Below are positions 35,615 through 43,656 of a DNA stretch of 50,309 nt, piece by piece. A program made the translations under genes and the position numbers. The stretch comes from Shigella phage Sfin-3. Under the pieces are notes generated by a model. The model ran no database searches, was not told where the DNA came from, and saw only the letters and a program-made list of their open reading frames with translations. Each line of letters opens with the position of its first letter. The stretch's first letter is position 1. The DNA lies in sequence record MN296515. One strand, 5' to 3'.

Positions 35615-36328
35615 ATGAAAGACTTTAATGATATCGAAACCATTGATTTTGCTGAAACTGGTTGCTCATTTACTCGCGAAGCAATAGCATCAGGCGGTTA
35701 TTATCAGGCATTGAAAACGCCAACCTGCAAAGAGATTTCAGGACGTCGATACAAGGGAACCAATACACCTGACGCAGTTCGTGATTTATGGTCAACCCCA
35801 CGCGAGGTTATCGCATATCTTGAGGGGCGCTACGGAAAATACGATCTCGACGCTGCGGCAAGCGAAGAAAATAAAGTTTGCGAGAAGTTTTATTCTCAGG
35901 AAACAAACTGCTTAAAACGTTGGTGGGGTAAAAATAAGCACGTATGGTTAAATCCTCCTTACAGTCGACCTGATATATTCGTCAAGAAGGCGATCGAGCA
36001 AATGGAGCACAACAATCAGATTGATATTCTGTTGCCTGCCGATAATTCCACAGCGTGGTTTACTGAGGCGCGACAGAACGCGGCTGAAATCATCTGGATT
36101 GAAGCTGATTTGACTGAGGATATTGACGGCAATGAATACGCACGATCCGGTCGTCTGGCTTTCATATCAGGTGAAACTGGAAAAGCCGTAGACGGCAACA
36201 ACAAAGGTTCGGTTATTTTTATTATGCGCGAACTTAAAGAAGGTGAGACGCAACAGACTCACTACATCCCAATCACAAGCATTTGCCCTTCGGTGAAAAA
36301 CAAGCGCGCAAAAGTGAGGAAAGTATGA
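35615..36328 (+). CDS. dam: DNA N6-adenine methyltransferase (phage Dam family)
   Basis: 237 aa; ...WSTPREV...YDLDAAAS...WLNPPYS (NPPY catalytic motif) typical of phage N6A-methylase family. Confidence 0.8.
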   Translation: MKDFNDIETIDFAETGCSFTREAIASGGYYQALKTPTCKEISGRRYKGTNTPDAVRDLWSTPREVIAYLEGRYGKYDLDAAASEENKVCEKFYSQETNCLKRWWGKNKHVWLNPPYSRPDIFVKKAIEQMEHNNQIDILLPADNSTAWFTEARQNAAEIIWIEADLTEDIDGNEYARSGRLAFISGETGKAVDGNNKGSVIFIMRELKEGETQQTHYIPITSICPSVKNKRAKVRKV

Positions 36329-36576
36329 TGAACGATAAAATGATTCCGGTTAAGTTAACTGATCAAGGTTTATGGCTGCTTTATCGAGCTACCTGCTGCG
36401 AAATTATGGAGCGAAACGGATTGACTCAGGATGTTATTGGTTGCGATCTGTGGGAGTTCACTAGTTCTCTTGATATGTCTTTCGATGAGATAAAAAATGA
36501 ACACATAGAGAATTGGCCTTCAATCATACAGAAAGACGTGGAAGAACTTAAAGCTTATACAATCGTAAAGCACTAA
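36325..36576 (+). CDS. hypothetical protein (83 aa)
   Basis: ATG 36325 overlaps dam stop (ATGA), RBS GTGAGGAAAG; TAA stop inside palindrome 36568-36582. Confidence 0.55.
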   Translation: MMNDKMIPVKLTDQGLWLLYRATCCEIMERNGLTQDVIGCDLWEFTSSLDMSFDEIKNEHIENWPSIIQKDVEELKAYTIVKH

Positions 36577-36610
36577 TTGCTAAAACTACCCGGCGAAAGT
36601 CGGGTATAGT
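36568..36610 (+). promoter_or_regulatory. composite promoter module (AAGCA-ctaat-TGCTA, 22 nt, -10 TATAGT)
   Basis: Palindrome 36568-36582; hairpin 36588-36605; -10 36605-36610; ATG 36643. Confidence 0.55.
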
Positions 36611-36642
36611 TATTTCATCAAAACGAAATGAGGAATAAGAAG

Positions 36643-36852
36643 ATGGCACGCATTAACGCAAACTTTTTCAATATCGCTCAGCAGTCTGCAAAAATGGCTG
36701 TTCATATCACTGACAAGCAAGGCGGCAATTTTGATTGGGATATTGCTATGAACTTCCTTAAAATGGCTTACTATCGCTGCTCAGTCAAAGATGTTGAGTA
36801 TTTTATTGAAAGCGTGGAGAAATTAACCAATGTTGATAAAAAAACAAGGTAA
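36643..36852 (+). CDS. hypothetical protein (69 aa)
   Basis: ATG 36643 with GAGGAATAAGAAG RBS after module 36568-36610. Confidence 0.55.
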   Translation: MARINANFFNIAQQSAKMAVHITDKQGGNFDWDIAMNFLKMAYYRCSVKDVEYFIESVEKLTNVDKKTR

Positions 36853-37102
36853 ACGCGAGGTTTGGGAGCACGCGAAGGAGTGCGGGATCTCAGGTGATAT
36901 AGCACTAATAGCCAAATATTTCGATATAAAGGATGTTAGCATTATCTCAAATGGCAAGATTTCATTTATGGAAGATATGCCGAGAAAAATGCATAGAGTG
37001 CCAGCCACCCCATCACTTGAATTTTATCGTGAAGAAGGAAAGAGAATTGAGCGAGAACGAAAAACAGCAAAGAACAATAAGTCTTCCAGGATTAAACATT
37101 AA
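36830..37102 (+). CDS. hypothetical protein (90 aa)
   Basis: Track ORF; overlaps both neighbours; see finding on possible recoding/overlap. Confidence 0.4.
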   Translation: MLIKKQGKREVWEHAKECGISGDIALIAKYFDIKDVSIISNGKISFMEDMPRKMHRVPATPSLEFYREEGKRIERERKTAKNNKSSRIKH

Positions 37103-37334
37103 CGAAGACGATTACCAGACCATATGGATCGGAAAGAAGCAGGTTAAGAAAATACCTTTCTCTGATTGGTTGCCTCCTGACTTCGCAAACGTGCTGTGTA
37201 CCATAGGGATCGATCAGGAGTTGCATATAGGTTATTACTCACCTGGTAGAAACAGTATGATGCTTGAGGTTGACGGAAAGCTGGTTGAGTTTAAATCGTC
37301 AGATCTAGGATTCTGGTTAAAGGCTGTGGCATGA
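37047..37334 (+). CDS. hypothetical protein (putative, TTG start)
   Basis: Protein-like frame (…WIGKKQVKKIPFSDWLPPDF…) opens after GAAGGAAAGAGA RBS; start codon uncertain; overlaps previous ORF by 56 nt. Confidence 0.3.
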   Translation: MSENEKQQRTISLPGLNINEDDYQTIWIGKKQVKKIPFSDWLPPDFANVLCTIGIDQELHIGYYSPGRNSMMLEVDGKLVEFKSSDLGFWLKAVA

Positions 37335-37412
37335 ATCTTTATTTTGCTGTAGTATTAACACCGCTAATTTCATTTTCAGTAATGTATTTCATTATCATGT
37401 AAGGATTAAAAT

Positions 37413-38564
37413 ATGTCACAAGCTAAAATCACTACCGAGCAACTTATCGAAGAGCGCATGAGCGGCCTTACACTTCGCGAGATTGCGGAAAAGTACGGTA
37501 TGCACATCCGCACTGTTGAAGCTCGTCACGCAAAACTTGCAAAGGAAGGTCACTTCCACGGTAACGAGCATGTTGCTAAGAACGTACCGGAAGGATTCAT
37601 GGTAAAAGGCACATCAACGATGATTCGCGGCGATGGGACCGAGGTAGTGCGATGGGTTAAGACCGATCAGGACCGTGAGAAGATTGCGGCAATGATGGAA
37701 GCAGCGCGTATTGCATTCTGTGAAGACTTGCCGCGAGCAAAACCAACTGAGCTACTCACATCGCAAGGGCTTACAACCGCTATTGGCAAGCTGGCACTCT
37801 ACCCGGTGTTCGATCTTCACATTGGCGCGCTTGCTCACAAGCATGAATGCGGAGAGAACTACTCTACAGACGTAGCGGAAAAAGTGCTGAATGACTTCTT
37901 TAACTACGCGATCGATATTGCCCCGAACGCAGAGAAGGCTGTTCTGTTAATCGGCGGCGACTTCCTTCACTCAGACGGTCTTGATGCTGTTACCCCGGCA
38001 AGCGGTCACGTTCTGGATCAGGATTCACGATATGCGAAATTGGTGCATGTGGCTATTCGATCGGTGCGACGAGCTATCGACAAAATGCTGACTAAACACA
38101 AAGAGGTCGAAGTTCAGGTTATCGAAGGGAACCACGACCAGGCCGGAATGATTTGGCTACGCGCTGCAATGGCTGCATACTATGAGGACGAGCCGCGAGT
38201 ATTCGTTGACGTTAGTCCTATGATTCTGCATAAGACCCGCTGGGGAAATACCTTGTTGGGATACACTCACGGTCACACGATGAAAAAGGCAGACACGCGA
38301 CTTGCAGCGATGGCGGCAGACTTCCGTGCAGACTTCGGTGAAAGCAAATACGTGTATACTCACAGTGGACACTGGCACCATCAAACAATCACAGAACACT
38401 CGTTAGGTATTGATGAGGTTCACGGGCAGTTAGGCGCGAAAGATGCATACGCCGCGCGAGGCGGGTGGCGCTCATATCGCCAGGCGGCGGTAATCGTTTA
38501 CGATAAACAGTTTGGTGAAATCGGTCGATTCATCTATCGTCCAGAAATGACAGGATCGCACTAA
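37413..38564 (+). CDS. HTH domain fused to calcineurin-like metallophosphoesterase
   Basis: 383 aa; N-terminal LTLREIAEKYGMHIRTVE (sigma-region-4/LuxR-like HTH); then DLH, GDFLHSDG, GNHD, GHTM, GHWHH phosphoesterase motifs. Confidence 0.65.
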   Translation: MSQAKITTEQLIEERMSGLTLREIAEKYGMHIRTVEARHAKLAKEGHFHGNEHVAKNVPEGFMVKGTSTMIRGDGTEVVRWVKTDQDREKIAAMMEAARIAFCEDLPRAKPTELLTSQGLTTAIGKLALYPVFDLHIGALAHKHECGENYSTDVAEKVLNDFFNYAIDIAPNAEKAVLLIGGDFLHSDGLDAVTPASGHVLDQDSRYAKLVHVAIRSVRRAIDKMLTKHKEVEVQVIEGNHDQAGMIWLRAAMAAYYEDEPRVFVDVSPMILHKTRWGNTLLGYTHGHTMKKADTRLAAMAADFRADFGESKYVYTHSGHWHHQTITEHSLGIDEVHGQLGAKDAYAARGGWRSYRQAAVIVYDKQFGEIGRFIYRPEMTGSH

Positions 38565-38598
38565 TTGCTAAAAATACCCGAATGGACTCGGGTATAGT
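38556..38598 (+). promoter_or_regulatory. composite promoter module (TCGCA-ctaat-TGCTA, 22 nt, -10 TATAGT)
   Basis: Palindrome 38556-38570; hairpin 38575-38594; -10 38593-38598; ATG 38628. Confidence 0.55.
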
Positions 38599-38627
38599 AG
38601 ACACATAGAAAATAAAGAGGACATATC

Positions 38628-38804
38628 ATGAAACGAGTTAAGTGCATCCGAAATGATTCCAAAACGCTTCCATTCCGCGTAAATCAGATCTATAGTGTTG
38701 GTTATGATTTCGGAGGTGGATTGTTTGAGATTTACGATGGTAGAGGTTCAACAATCCAAGCTCCTCTGAACGGTCATTACCTGGAATTTATTGAGCTAGA
38801 TTAA
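38628..38804 (+). CDS. hypothetical small protein (58 aa)
   Basis: ATG 38628 with AAAGAGG RBS after module 38556-38598; followed by terminator 38827-38856; below ORF-track cutoff. Confidence 0.45.
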   Translation: MKRVKCIRNDSKTLPFRVNQIYSVGYDFGGGLFEIYDGRGSTIQAPLNGHYLEFIELD

Positions 38805-38826
38805 CAATATCATTCATAACCTTACG

Positions 38827-38856
38827 GGCTGGCATGGTTTACATGCTGGCCTTTTT
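38827..38856 (+). terminator. rho-independent terminator before lysis cassette
   Basis: 10-bp stem GGCUGGCAUG/CAUGCUGGCC (two G-U pairs), loop guuua, then T5. Confidence 0.55.
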
Positions 38857-38859
38857 GCG

Positions 38860-38888
38860 TTGTATCAAGTAAATTTGAAGGTTAAAAT
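38860..38888 (+). promoter_or_regulatory. sigma70-like promoter for lysis cassette (TTGTAT-17-TAAAAT)
   Basis: -35 38860-38865, -10 38883-38888; follows terminator 38827-38856; 35 nt upstream of holin ATG. Confidence 0.5.
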
Positions 38889-38922
38889 CAACTCACTTGT
38901 TCAAAAAATATATGGTGAGATT

Positions 38923-39138
38923 ATGAAAGAATTTTTAACAGCGGCTACGTCCAGCACGGGCGGCGCTTCACTGGTAGGGGCGGCGACAGGGCAACTTTAT
39001 ATTGCTGGCGCTACATTCATTTGCTTTCTGCTTTTTGGTGCATGGGGCGCATACTGGAAGTATCGTGATAGTAAGGCAATTCAGGAAGCGTTAAACGATG
39101 GCGATCTAAATAAGGCGCTTAAGATTAGGGGGAGATAA
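38923..39138 (+). CDS. holin (single TMD, possible pinholin)
   Basis: ATG 38923 with GGTGAG RBS downstream of promoter 38860-38888 (track start 38860 lies inside the promoter); one [22 protein letters not shown]; precedes endolysin. Confidence 0.6.
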   Translation: MKEFLTAATSSTGGASLVGAATGQLYIAGATFICFLLFGAWGAYWKYRDSKAIQEALNDGDLNKALKIRGR

Positions 39139-39626
39139 TGAGTTTAAAAAATAACGTTATAGGCGCATCGATAGGGGCCGCTTTGACGTTGACGCCTACT
39201 CTACTGGAACGAATCGAAGGTATAGAGTACGAGGTGTATTACGATATCGCCGGAGTACCTACCGTATGCAGCGGAATAACCGGGCCGGACGTCATACCTG
39301 GTAAGAAATACACTAAGCGAGAATGCGATGCATTACTGATAAAACATATCGGCGTCGCTCAGCGATACGTTGACAAGAAGGTTAAGGTTGAAATTCCGGT
39401 AACGATGCGCGCCTCACTCTACAGCTTTACTTTCAACGTTGGTACTGGCGCATTCGGATCTTCTACAATGCTTAAGCTAATCAATCAGAGTAAGCACAAG
39501 GAGGCGTGCAATCAGTTATGGCGATGGGTATACTACTACAATCCAAAAACCAAAAAGCGCGAAGTGTCTAGAGGACTCAAGAACCGACGCGCTGAAGAAT
39601 ACGCGTATTGCGTTAAGGAATTATGA
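39138..39626 (+). CDS. SAR endolysin (T4-lysozyme-like muramidase, GH24-like)
   Basis: 162 aa; Gly/Ala-rich N-terminal signal-anchor [17 protein letters not shown]; catalytic E-x8-D-x5-T ([16 protein letters not shown]). Confidence 0.85.
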   Translation: MSLKNNVIGASIGAALTLTPTLLERIEGIEYEVYYDIAGVPTVCSGITGPDVIPGKKYTKRECDALLIKHIGVAQRYVDKKVKVEIPVTMRASLYSFTFNVGTGAFGSSTMLKLINQSKHKEACNQLWRWVYYYNPKTKKREVSRGLKNRRAEEYAYCVKEL

Positions 39627-40027
39627 TGAAACTGAAGAAAACGTGCATTGCGATTGCGGTGGCTGTTGGCGTTATTTCTCTATCCGGTTGCTCGACGGCA
39701 TCTGCTCTGAGCGGTTTAATTGGATCTAAACCGGAAGTTACGGCGCAGATTGGAGAGGAGAACACAAAGCAATTAGCAGGAGTAACCGCAAAATCCGAAG
39801 ATAAGCGAGATGTTAAAGTTGAGAAGTCCAATGTAGGAAAGGTTGACTCTTCCGTGAAAAAATCAATTGAAGTGTCAACCATTAAGGCCAACACAGTTAA
39901 CGCTGAAAGCATCACAGTCACTAAGCCTGGTAATTGGTACGACGCAATAGTTGTATGCACTCTCGTTTTAATTGGTCTGTTGATGGTTTATTTTTCACTT
40001 CGTAAGGACGGAAAAAAGGAGGCCTAG
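39623..40027 (+). CDS. unimolecular spanin (lipoprotein with C-terminal TMD)
   Basis: 134 aa; signal peptide with lipobox LSGC and C-terminal [20 protein letters not shown]; architecture of T1 gp11-type u-spanin. Confidence 0.65.
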   Translation: MMKLKKTCIAIAVAVGVISLSGCSTASALSGLIGSKPEVTAQIGEENTKQLAGVTAKSEDKRDVKVEKSNVGKVDSSVKKSIEVSTIKANTVNAESITVTKPGNWYDAIVVCTLVLIGLLMVYFSLRKDGKKEA

Positions 40028-40041
40028 CCTCCTTTTCTTTT
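40012..40041. terminator. bidirectional terminator between convergent spanin gene and - strand early arm
   Basis: AGGAGG-cctag-CCTCCT flanked by A5 and T-rich runs; spanin stop codon lies in the loop. Confidence 0.6.
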
Positions 40042-40255
40042 ATGCGTCTTCCCACATATAACTCTCGTTTGTGAGTTTTGCGTATTCGCGAACCTCAATC
40101 TCGCAGGTTTCGCCGTACATCTCAGCGACCTTCTTCTCGTTCGCTACCGCCGTTTCTTCAGTCCATCCATCAGCATTGCTGTAAAGTGTAGGAATCTCAC
40201 TGCTAGTGCCGTTAGAGTGGTTGTAAACGCGAACTACTAAAAATTTGTTAGCCAT
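40040..40255 (-). CDS. hypothetical protein (71 aa)
   Basis: Track ORF; AAGGAAAAC RBS; module 40293-40335 upstream. Confidence 0.55.
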   Translation of the reverse strand: MANKFLVVRVYNHSNGTSSEIPTLYSNADGWTEETAVANEKKVAEMYGETCEIEVREYAKLTNESYMWEDA

Positions 40256-40292
40256 GATGTTTTCCTTCAGGTCGTTTCATTTCGATGAAACA

Positions 40293-40335
40293 AATATACC
40301 CGATACGAGATCGGGTGTTTTAACAAAAAGTGCTA
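40293..40335 (-). promoter_or_regulatory. composite promoter module, minus strand (TAGCA-ctttt-TGTTA, 22 nt, -10 TATATT)
   Basis: Palindrome 40321-40335; hairpin 40298-40316; -10 40293-40298; ATG 40255. Confidence 0.5.
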
Positions 40336-40444
40336 TTTGTACCTTTTCACATGAAGGAGCAACTCCCCATCCTGATTGCAAAGGTTGTGTTCGCTGTCAT
40401 TGTTGGCCCTCATTGAAGTAAGTAACAGGCTGAGTAACCCCTGT

Positions 40445-40852
40445 TCAAATTCTTCCTTTGTAAGCTGGAGTCTTGCGCACAATTCGACGTTCCGATCTAT
40501 CAATGTTTCTACGTTCGCCAAACAAATCCTCATCACTCATCTCTCCAATATGCATCATTTCCCATGTATACCGATTGTTGTAACCATCAATACACATCAG
40601 CTTCATCATTACCGGGCGCTTAATCTTTCCCTTGCACCAGTAAACACCATCCTTGCGATCCAAGTAACCCTCAGTTACGCAACGAGAGCAAAACTCCTTA
40701 GATAGCGCACTTGTAAATTCACGGTGAGTCATTCCAGCAGCCTTAGCAAATCGCTCACTTTCCTTGTGGGCGTATATAAATTTCGCTATGTGCTGTCGGG
40801 TGTATTTGTCGTAACCTTCGCAGAACCTGAACAGATCTAAAAGAAGCAGCAT
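40445..40852 (-). CDS. hypothetical protein (135 aa, Cys-rich), operon partner of P-loop ATPase
   Basis: Track ORF; start 4 nt after stop of upstream ATPase gene. Confidence 0.55.
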   Translation of the reverse strand: MLLLLDLFRFCEGYDKYTRQHIAKFIYAHKESERFAKAAGMTHREFTSALSKEFCSRCVTEGYLDRKDGVYWCKGKIKRPVMMKLMCIDGYNNRYTWEMMHIGEMSDEDLFGERRNIDRSERRIVRKTPAYKGRI

Positions 40853-40856
40853 ATCA

Positions 40857-42425
40857 TTAACCCATCAGTCTAGGATTGATGAAAACAATATCATCAATGC
40901 GGCAAGTGTAGTTCATCTCTTCGAGCGTGATCAGCAGGCTATCGATTCGCTCAGATACTTTCTGTTGACCGTTGAACGGAGTAACGTTCCGGCACTTTGC
41001 AACGATGCTATGAATAGGAGCGCGCCCTTTATTCTTCTTTGCGATCTCAGTGATAACATCAATCAGCTTACGAGATTCAGCCTCATCACCAGCATACCCG
41101 GCAGCGCTGGCAGACGACAGATAAGTCCTGGAAAGCTCATTGAAGATCATGATTGCTTCCTGCATTGTTTCAAGGTCAATCTCACGGTTGGAACGGTTCG
41201 GTGATTCACCCTCCCAATTCTTGATCGTGTGGAGAACTGAAGCAATACGCAAGGCGTGCTTATCGAACTTGCCGAGATGACCGCGTAGCATTGAGTGAGA
41301 GTATTTCCCACCTGCGGCGAAATCCGGTTCCATCGCCTGACGCGAAAGGTTTAATTCACGCATAGCATTACGGCTTACAGAAAGAACAACGTTTTCCTCC
41401 TTCATAATGTTGTGCACGAGTCGATAATATTTACTCACCAATCCTCGATCGACTTCCTTATACAGTGCATCACCATTTTCATCGCAAAGGATACGAGTGC
41501 CTAAAAGAGGTTCCTCACGAACAAGAAGGAAGCGCTCAGATACGCCGATTCCTCGTTGGCCTGCGTCCATGATACCCTTGATTGTTTCATCCTGCGCAAT
41601 AACGCAGATGGAACCGACCGGGCAAAGGGACAAGTTGTTATCCTGGTTGGAACGCGCTACCTCCATATGGTTTTTATCCCACGCCTTAAGGATAAGCTCA
41701 CTATTTGATTTCTTGTCTGAACCACCATAAGTCAGGCCGAGCAATGTATTGATTGCTGTCGCCTCATCAGAGATTACGGAGAAATGACCTTGAACAGCGG
41801 CTACCTTCGCAAGACCTTCAGGTGTAGGATCTGATACCGCGAAAACAATATCAGCCATCTTCTTGATCTTCTCTTCCAGTTTTTCCTTGTCCTCGTACAG
41901 CGCCGCCGTCGTGTTACCCTTCGGGTCGTTTTTAATTTCCTTCTCGACCTGACGTAGCTGACTGGTTAAACGGATACGTTCCTTTTTTCGCTCTTCATTC
42001 AGTCGCTGAATCTCTGCGCGCATAGGCGTAATCGCTGCGGAGTTAATCGCAGATTTACCTGTTGAAGGTGGCTGGCTGATTACCATGTAAAGAGCGGTAG
42101 GTTGTTCTTCTCCGTGATATTGCACCCAAAACTTCCCGAGCATCGCGGCTGAGATGCACCCAATGAAATGAGCGTACGCAGACGAAACAGGGAACTGTAC
42201 AGACTCGGCCTTTGCTTTTGCATATTCGAATACCAGGTTATCGCCACCTAACGAAATCAGAGGGAACTTATCGTTGCCGCTATTGATATCGATCGGATCT
42301 TGCCAAAATGAAACTGAGTCACCATAGCTGTTTTCACGAATTGCGATTGCCACCGGATTAACTCCAGTGCTATTGGCGATCTCAATAATCTGTTGGTAAT
42401 TCAGTTTTGGCTTAATATTAAACAT
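40857..42425 (-). CDS. P-loop NTPase (Walker A/B), putative replication/helicase-like ATPase
   Basis: ATG 42425 with AAGGAG RBS (track TTG 42488 is inside promoter hairpin); Walker A QPPSTGKSA, Walker B FSVISDEA; 522 aa. Confidence 0.6.
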   Translation of the reverse strand: MFNIKPKLNYQQIIEIANSTGVNPVAIAIRENSYGDSVSFWQDPIDINSGNDKFPLISLGGDNLVFEYAKAKAESVQFPVSSAYAHFIGCISAAMLGKFWVQYHGEEQPTALYMVISQPPSTGKSAINSAAITPMRAEIQRLNEERKKERIRLTSQLRQVEKEIKNDPKGNTTAALYEDKEKLEEKIKKMADIVFAVSDPTPEGLAKVAAVQGHFSVISDEATAINTLLGLTYGGSDKKSNSELILKAWDKNHMEVARSNQDNNLSLCPVGSICVIAQDETIKGIMDAGQRGIGVSERFLLVREEPLLGTRILCDENGDALYKEVDRGLVSKYYRLVHNIMKEENVVLSVSRNAMRELNLSRQAMEPDFAAGGKYSHSMLRGHLGKFDKHALRIASVLHTIKNWEGESPNRSNREIDLETMQEAIMIFNELSRTYLSSASAAGYAGDEAESRKLIDVITEIAKKNKGRAPIHSIVAKCRNVTPFNGQQKVSERIDSLLITLEEMNYTCRIDDIVFINPRLMG

Positions 42426-42454
42426 CACAATAAACTCCTTAGTTGACGGTGTAA

Positions 42455-42497
42455 ATGATACACCGCCAATGGTATACGCTTTTTGCAAAAAGTGCTA
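42455..42497 (-). promoter_or_regulatory. composite promoter module, minus strand (TAGCA-ctttt-TGCAA, 22 nt, -10 TATCAT)
   Basis: Palindrome 42483-42497; -10 42455-42460 inside hairpin 42448-42464; ATG 42425. Confidence 0.5.
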
Positions 42498-42501
42498 TTG
42501 G

Positions 42502-42918
42502 TTATAAGTATTTGGCCTCAAAGGTTGTGCCGTCTGCGATACTAAAACCAACCTCTTCGCGAAACAAGGTCCATCGACAACCATCTTCATCAAAGATGTA
42601 ACCAGCTACGCCACCGAGAGCGCGACCGCTTTCAACCTGGTAACGCTTGCCAACTTTGAATGATTTTTTCATTGGGTTGCGATGGTCAAGCCCGGTGCAC
42701 TTGAGCGTCTTTGTTTTCAACTCAGTGAACTTCGCGAAGAAGATTTCATCAGATCCGTGAATCTGTAATTCATCATGCTTTTCAAGTTTTAAATACTTGC
42801 CGCATTTTAACTTGATTTCACGAGTGCCATCATAGCGCTCACGACCCTTGTATAGGTTGTTTACTTCAAATCCTGTGATTTTATCTGTGTAAGTGCATTT
42901 CAGTTTGATGGATTTCAT
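42502..42918 (-). CDS. hypothetical protein (138 aa)
   Basis: Track ORF; AACCAATCAGGAG RBS; module 42955-42997 upstream. Confidence 0.55.
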   Translation of the reverse strand: MKSIKLKCTYTDKITGFEVNNLYKGRERYDGTREIKLKCGKYLKLEKHDELQIHGSDEIFFAKFTELKTKTLKCTGLDHRNPMKKSFKVGKRYQVESGRALGGVAGYIFDEDGCRWTLFREEVGFSIADGTTFEAKYL

Positions 42919-42954
42919 TTCGTTAACTCCTGATTGGTTATCTTGAATAAGGTC

Positions 42955-42997
42955 ACTTTATCAAATGACCTTACGGCAATATTAACAAATCGTGCTA
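42955..42997 (-). promoter_or_regulatory. composite promoter module, minus strand (TAGCA-cgatt-TGTTA, 22 nt, -10 TAAAGT)
   Basis: Palindrome 42983-42997; -10 42955-42960 inside hairpin 42950-42972; ATG 42918. Confidence 0.5.
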
Positions 42998-42998
42998 T

Positions 42999-43208
42999 TT
43001 ACCAGGGAATATAATCGTCGTCGTCTTCATTAATATCATCACTAGGTAATTCAAAGTTAGGATCGTATTCGCTTTCAGCATCCATATCCATATCGCCAAG
43101 AGCCTCATCAAGTGTTATTTCTTTATATGCAACCTTGATGCACCATTCGGCACTAAGTCCAGCATCAAGCGCTGCAAAATAACGGGTCCAAAAATTATCC
43201 TGCTCCAT
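42999..43208 (-). CDS. small acidic protein with SSB-C-terminus-like tail
   Basis: 69 aa; C-terminus ...INEDDDDYIPW resembles the SSB tip DDDIPF; GGAG RBS. Confidence 0.55.
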   Translation of the reverse strand: MEQDNFWTRYFAALDAGLSAEWCIKVAYKEITLDEALGDMDMDAESEYDPNFELPSDDINEDDDDYIPW

Positions 43209-43211
43209 TAA

Positions 43212-43436
43212 TTAACTCCATGAATTAATATAAATTGAGCTTGCTTCAAGCGTAGCACGAACATCGGCATCTGTTGCATTTACTAAGCGCGAGCCTGGCG
43301 TGCTGCCGATAACGTTATTACCGTTACGAGTCTTAGTTACCGTCATTGAAATAAAGCCGGAAGACTTATCCATTTTGATAACTACACGGCCTTTCGCGTT
43401 CAGGTGCTTGATGATATTCTCAACTTTAATGCTCAT
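43212..43436 (-). CDS. hypothetical protein (74 aa)
   Basis: Track ORF; module 43469-43512 upstream. Confidence 0.55.
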   Translation of the reverse strand: MSIKVENIIKHLNAKGRVVIKMDKSSGFISMTVTKTRNGNNVIGSTPGSRLVNATDADVRATLEASSIYINSWS

Positions 43437-43468
43437 TTTTAATTCCTTTGTTTGTTTGATGTGGGAGT

Positions 43469-43512
43469 AATATACCTTACTCCCTGATGATTGTCTTTAG
43501 CTATTCGTGCTA
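43469..43512 (-). promoter_or_regulatory. composite promoter module, minus strand (TAGCA-cgaat-AGCTA, 23 nt, -10 TATATT)
   Basis: Palindrome 43498-43512; -10 43469-43474 in hairpin 43463-43484; ATG 43436. Confidence 0.45.
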
Positions 43513-43656
43513 TCAGTACTCAGAAATTACTTTGCACTCTTTGATTGTGCCGCCTAGAACTACTTTCTGCATCATTGCTTTTTGTTGGCTATCGTAAACG
43601 CGAACATTTTTTACGCTGTTAAATTTGCCAGTATAGAAAGTGTGAATATAAATCAT
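43513..43656 (-). CDS. hypothetical small protein (47 aa)
   Basis: ATG overlaps upstream TGA; TGA stop abuts palindrome 43498-43512; below ORF-track cutoff. Confidence 0.3.
   Translation of the reverse strand: MIYIHTFYTGKFNSVKNVRVYDSQQKAMMQKVVLGGTIKECKVISEY

Noticed and set aside
40333-40536. Minus-strand ORF whose TAG stop coincides with palindrome 40321-40335
   Set aside because: Overlaps the 3' end of the better-supported gene 40445-40852 by ~90 nt in another frame; any ORF entering the palindrome in that phase would stop at its TAG.
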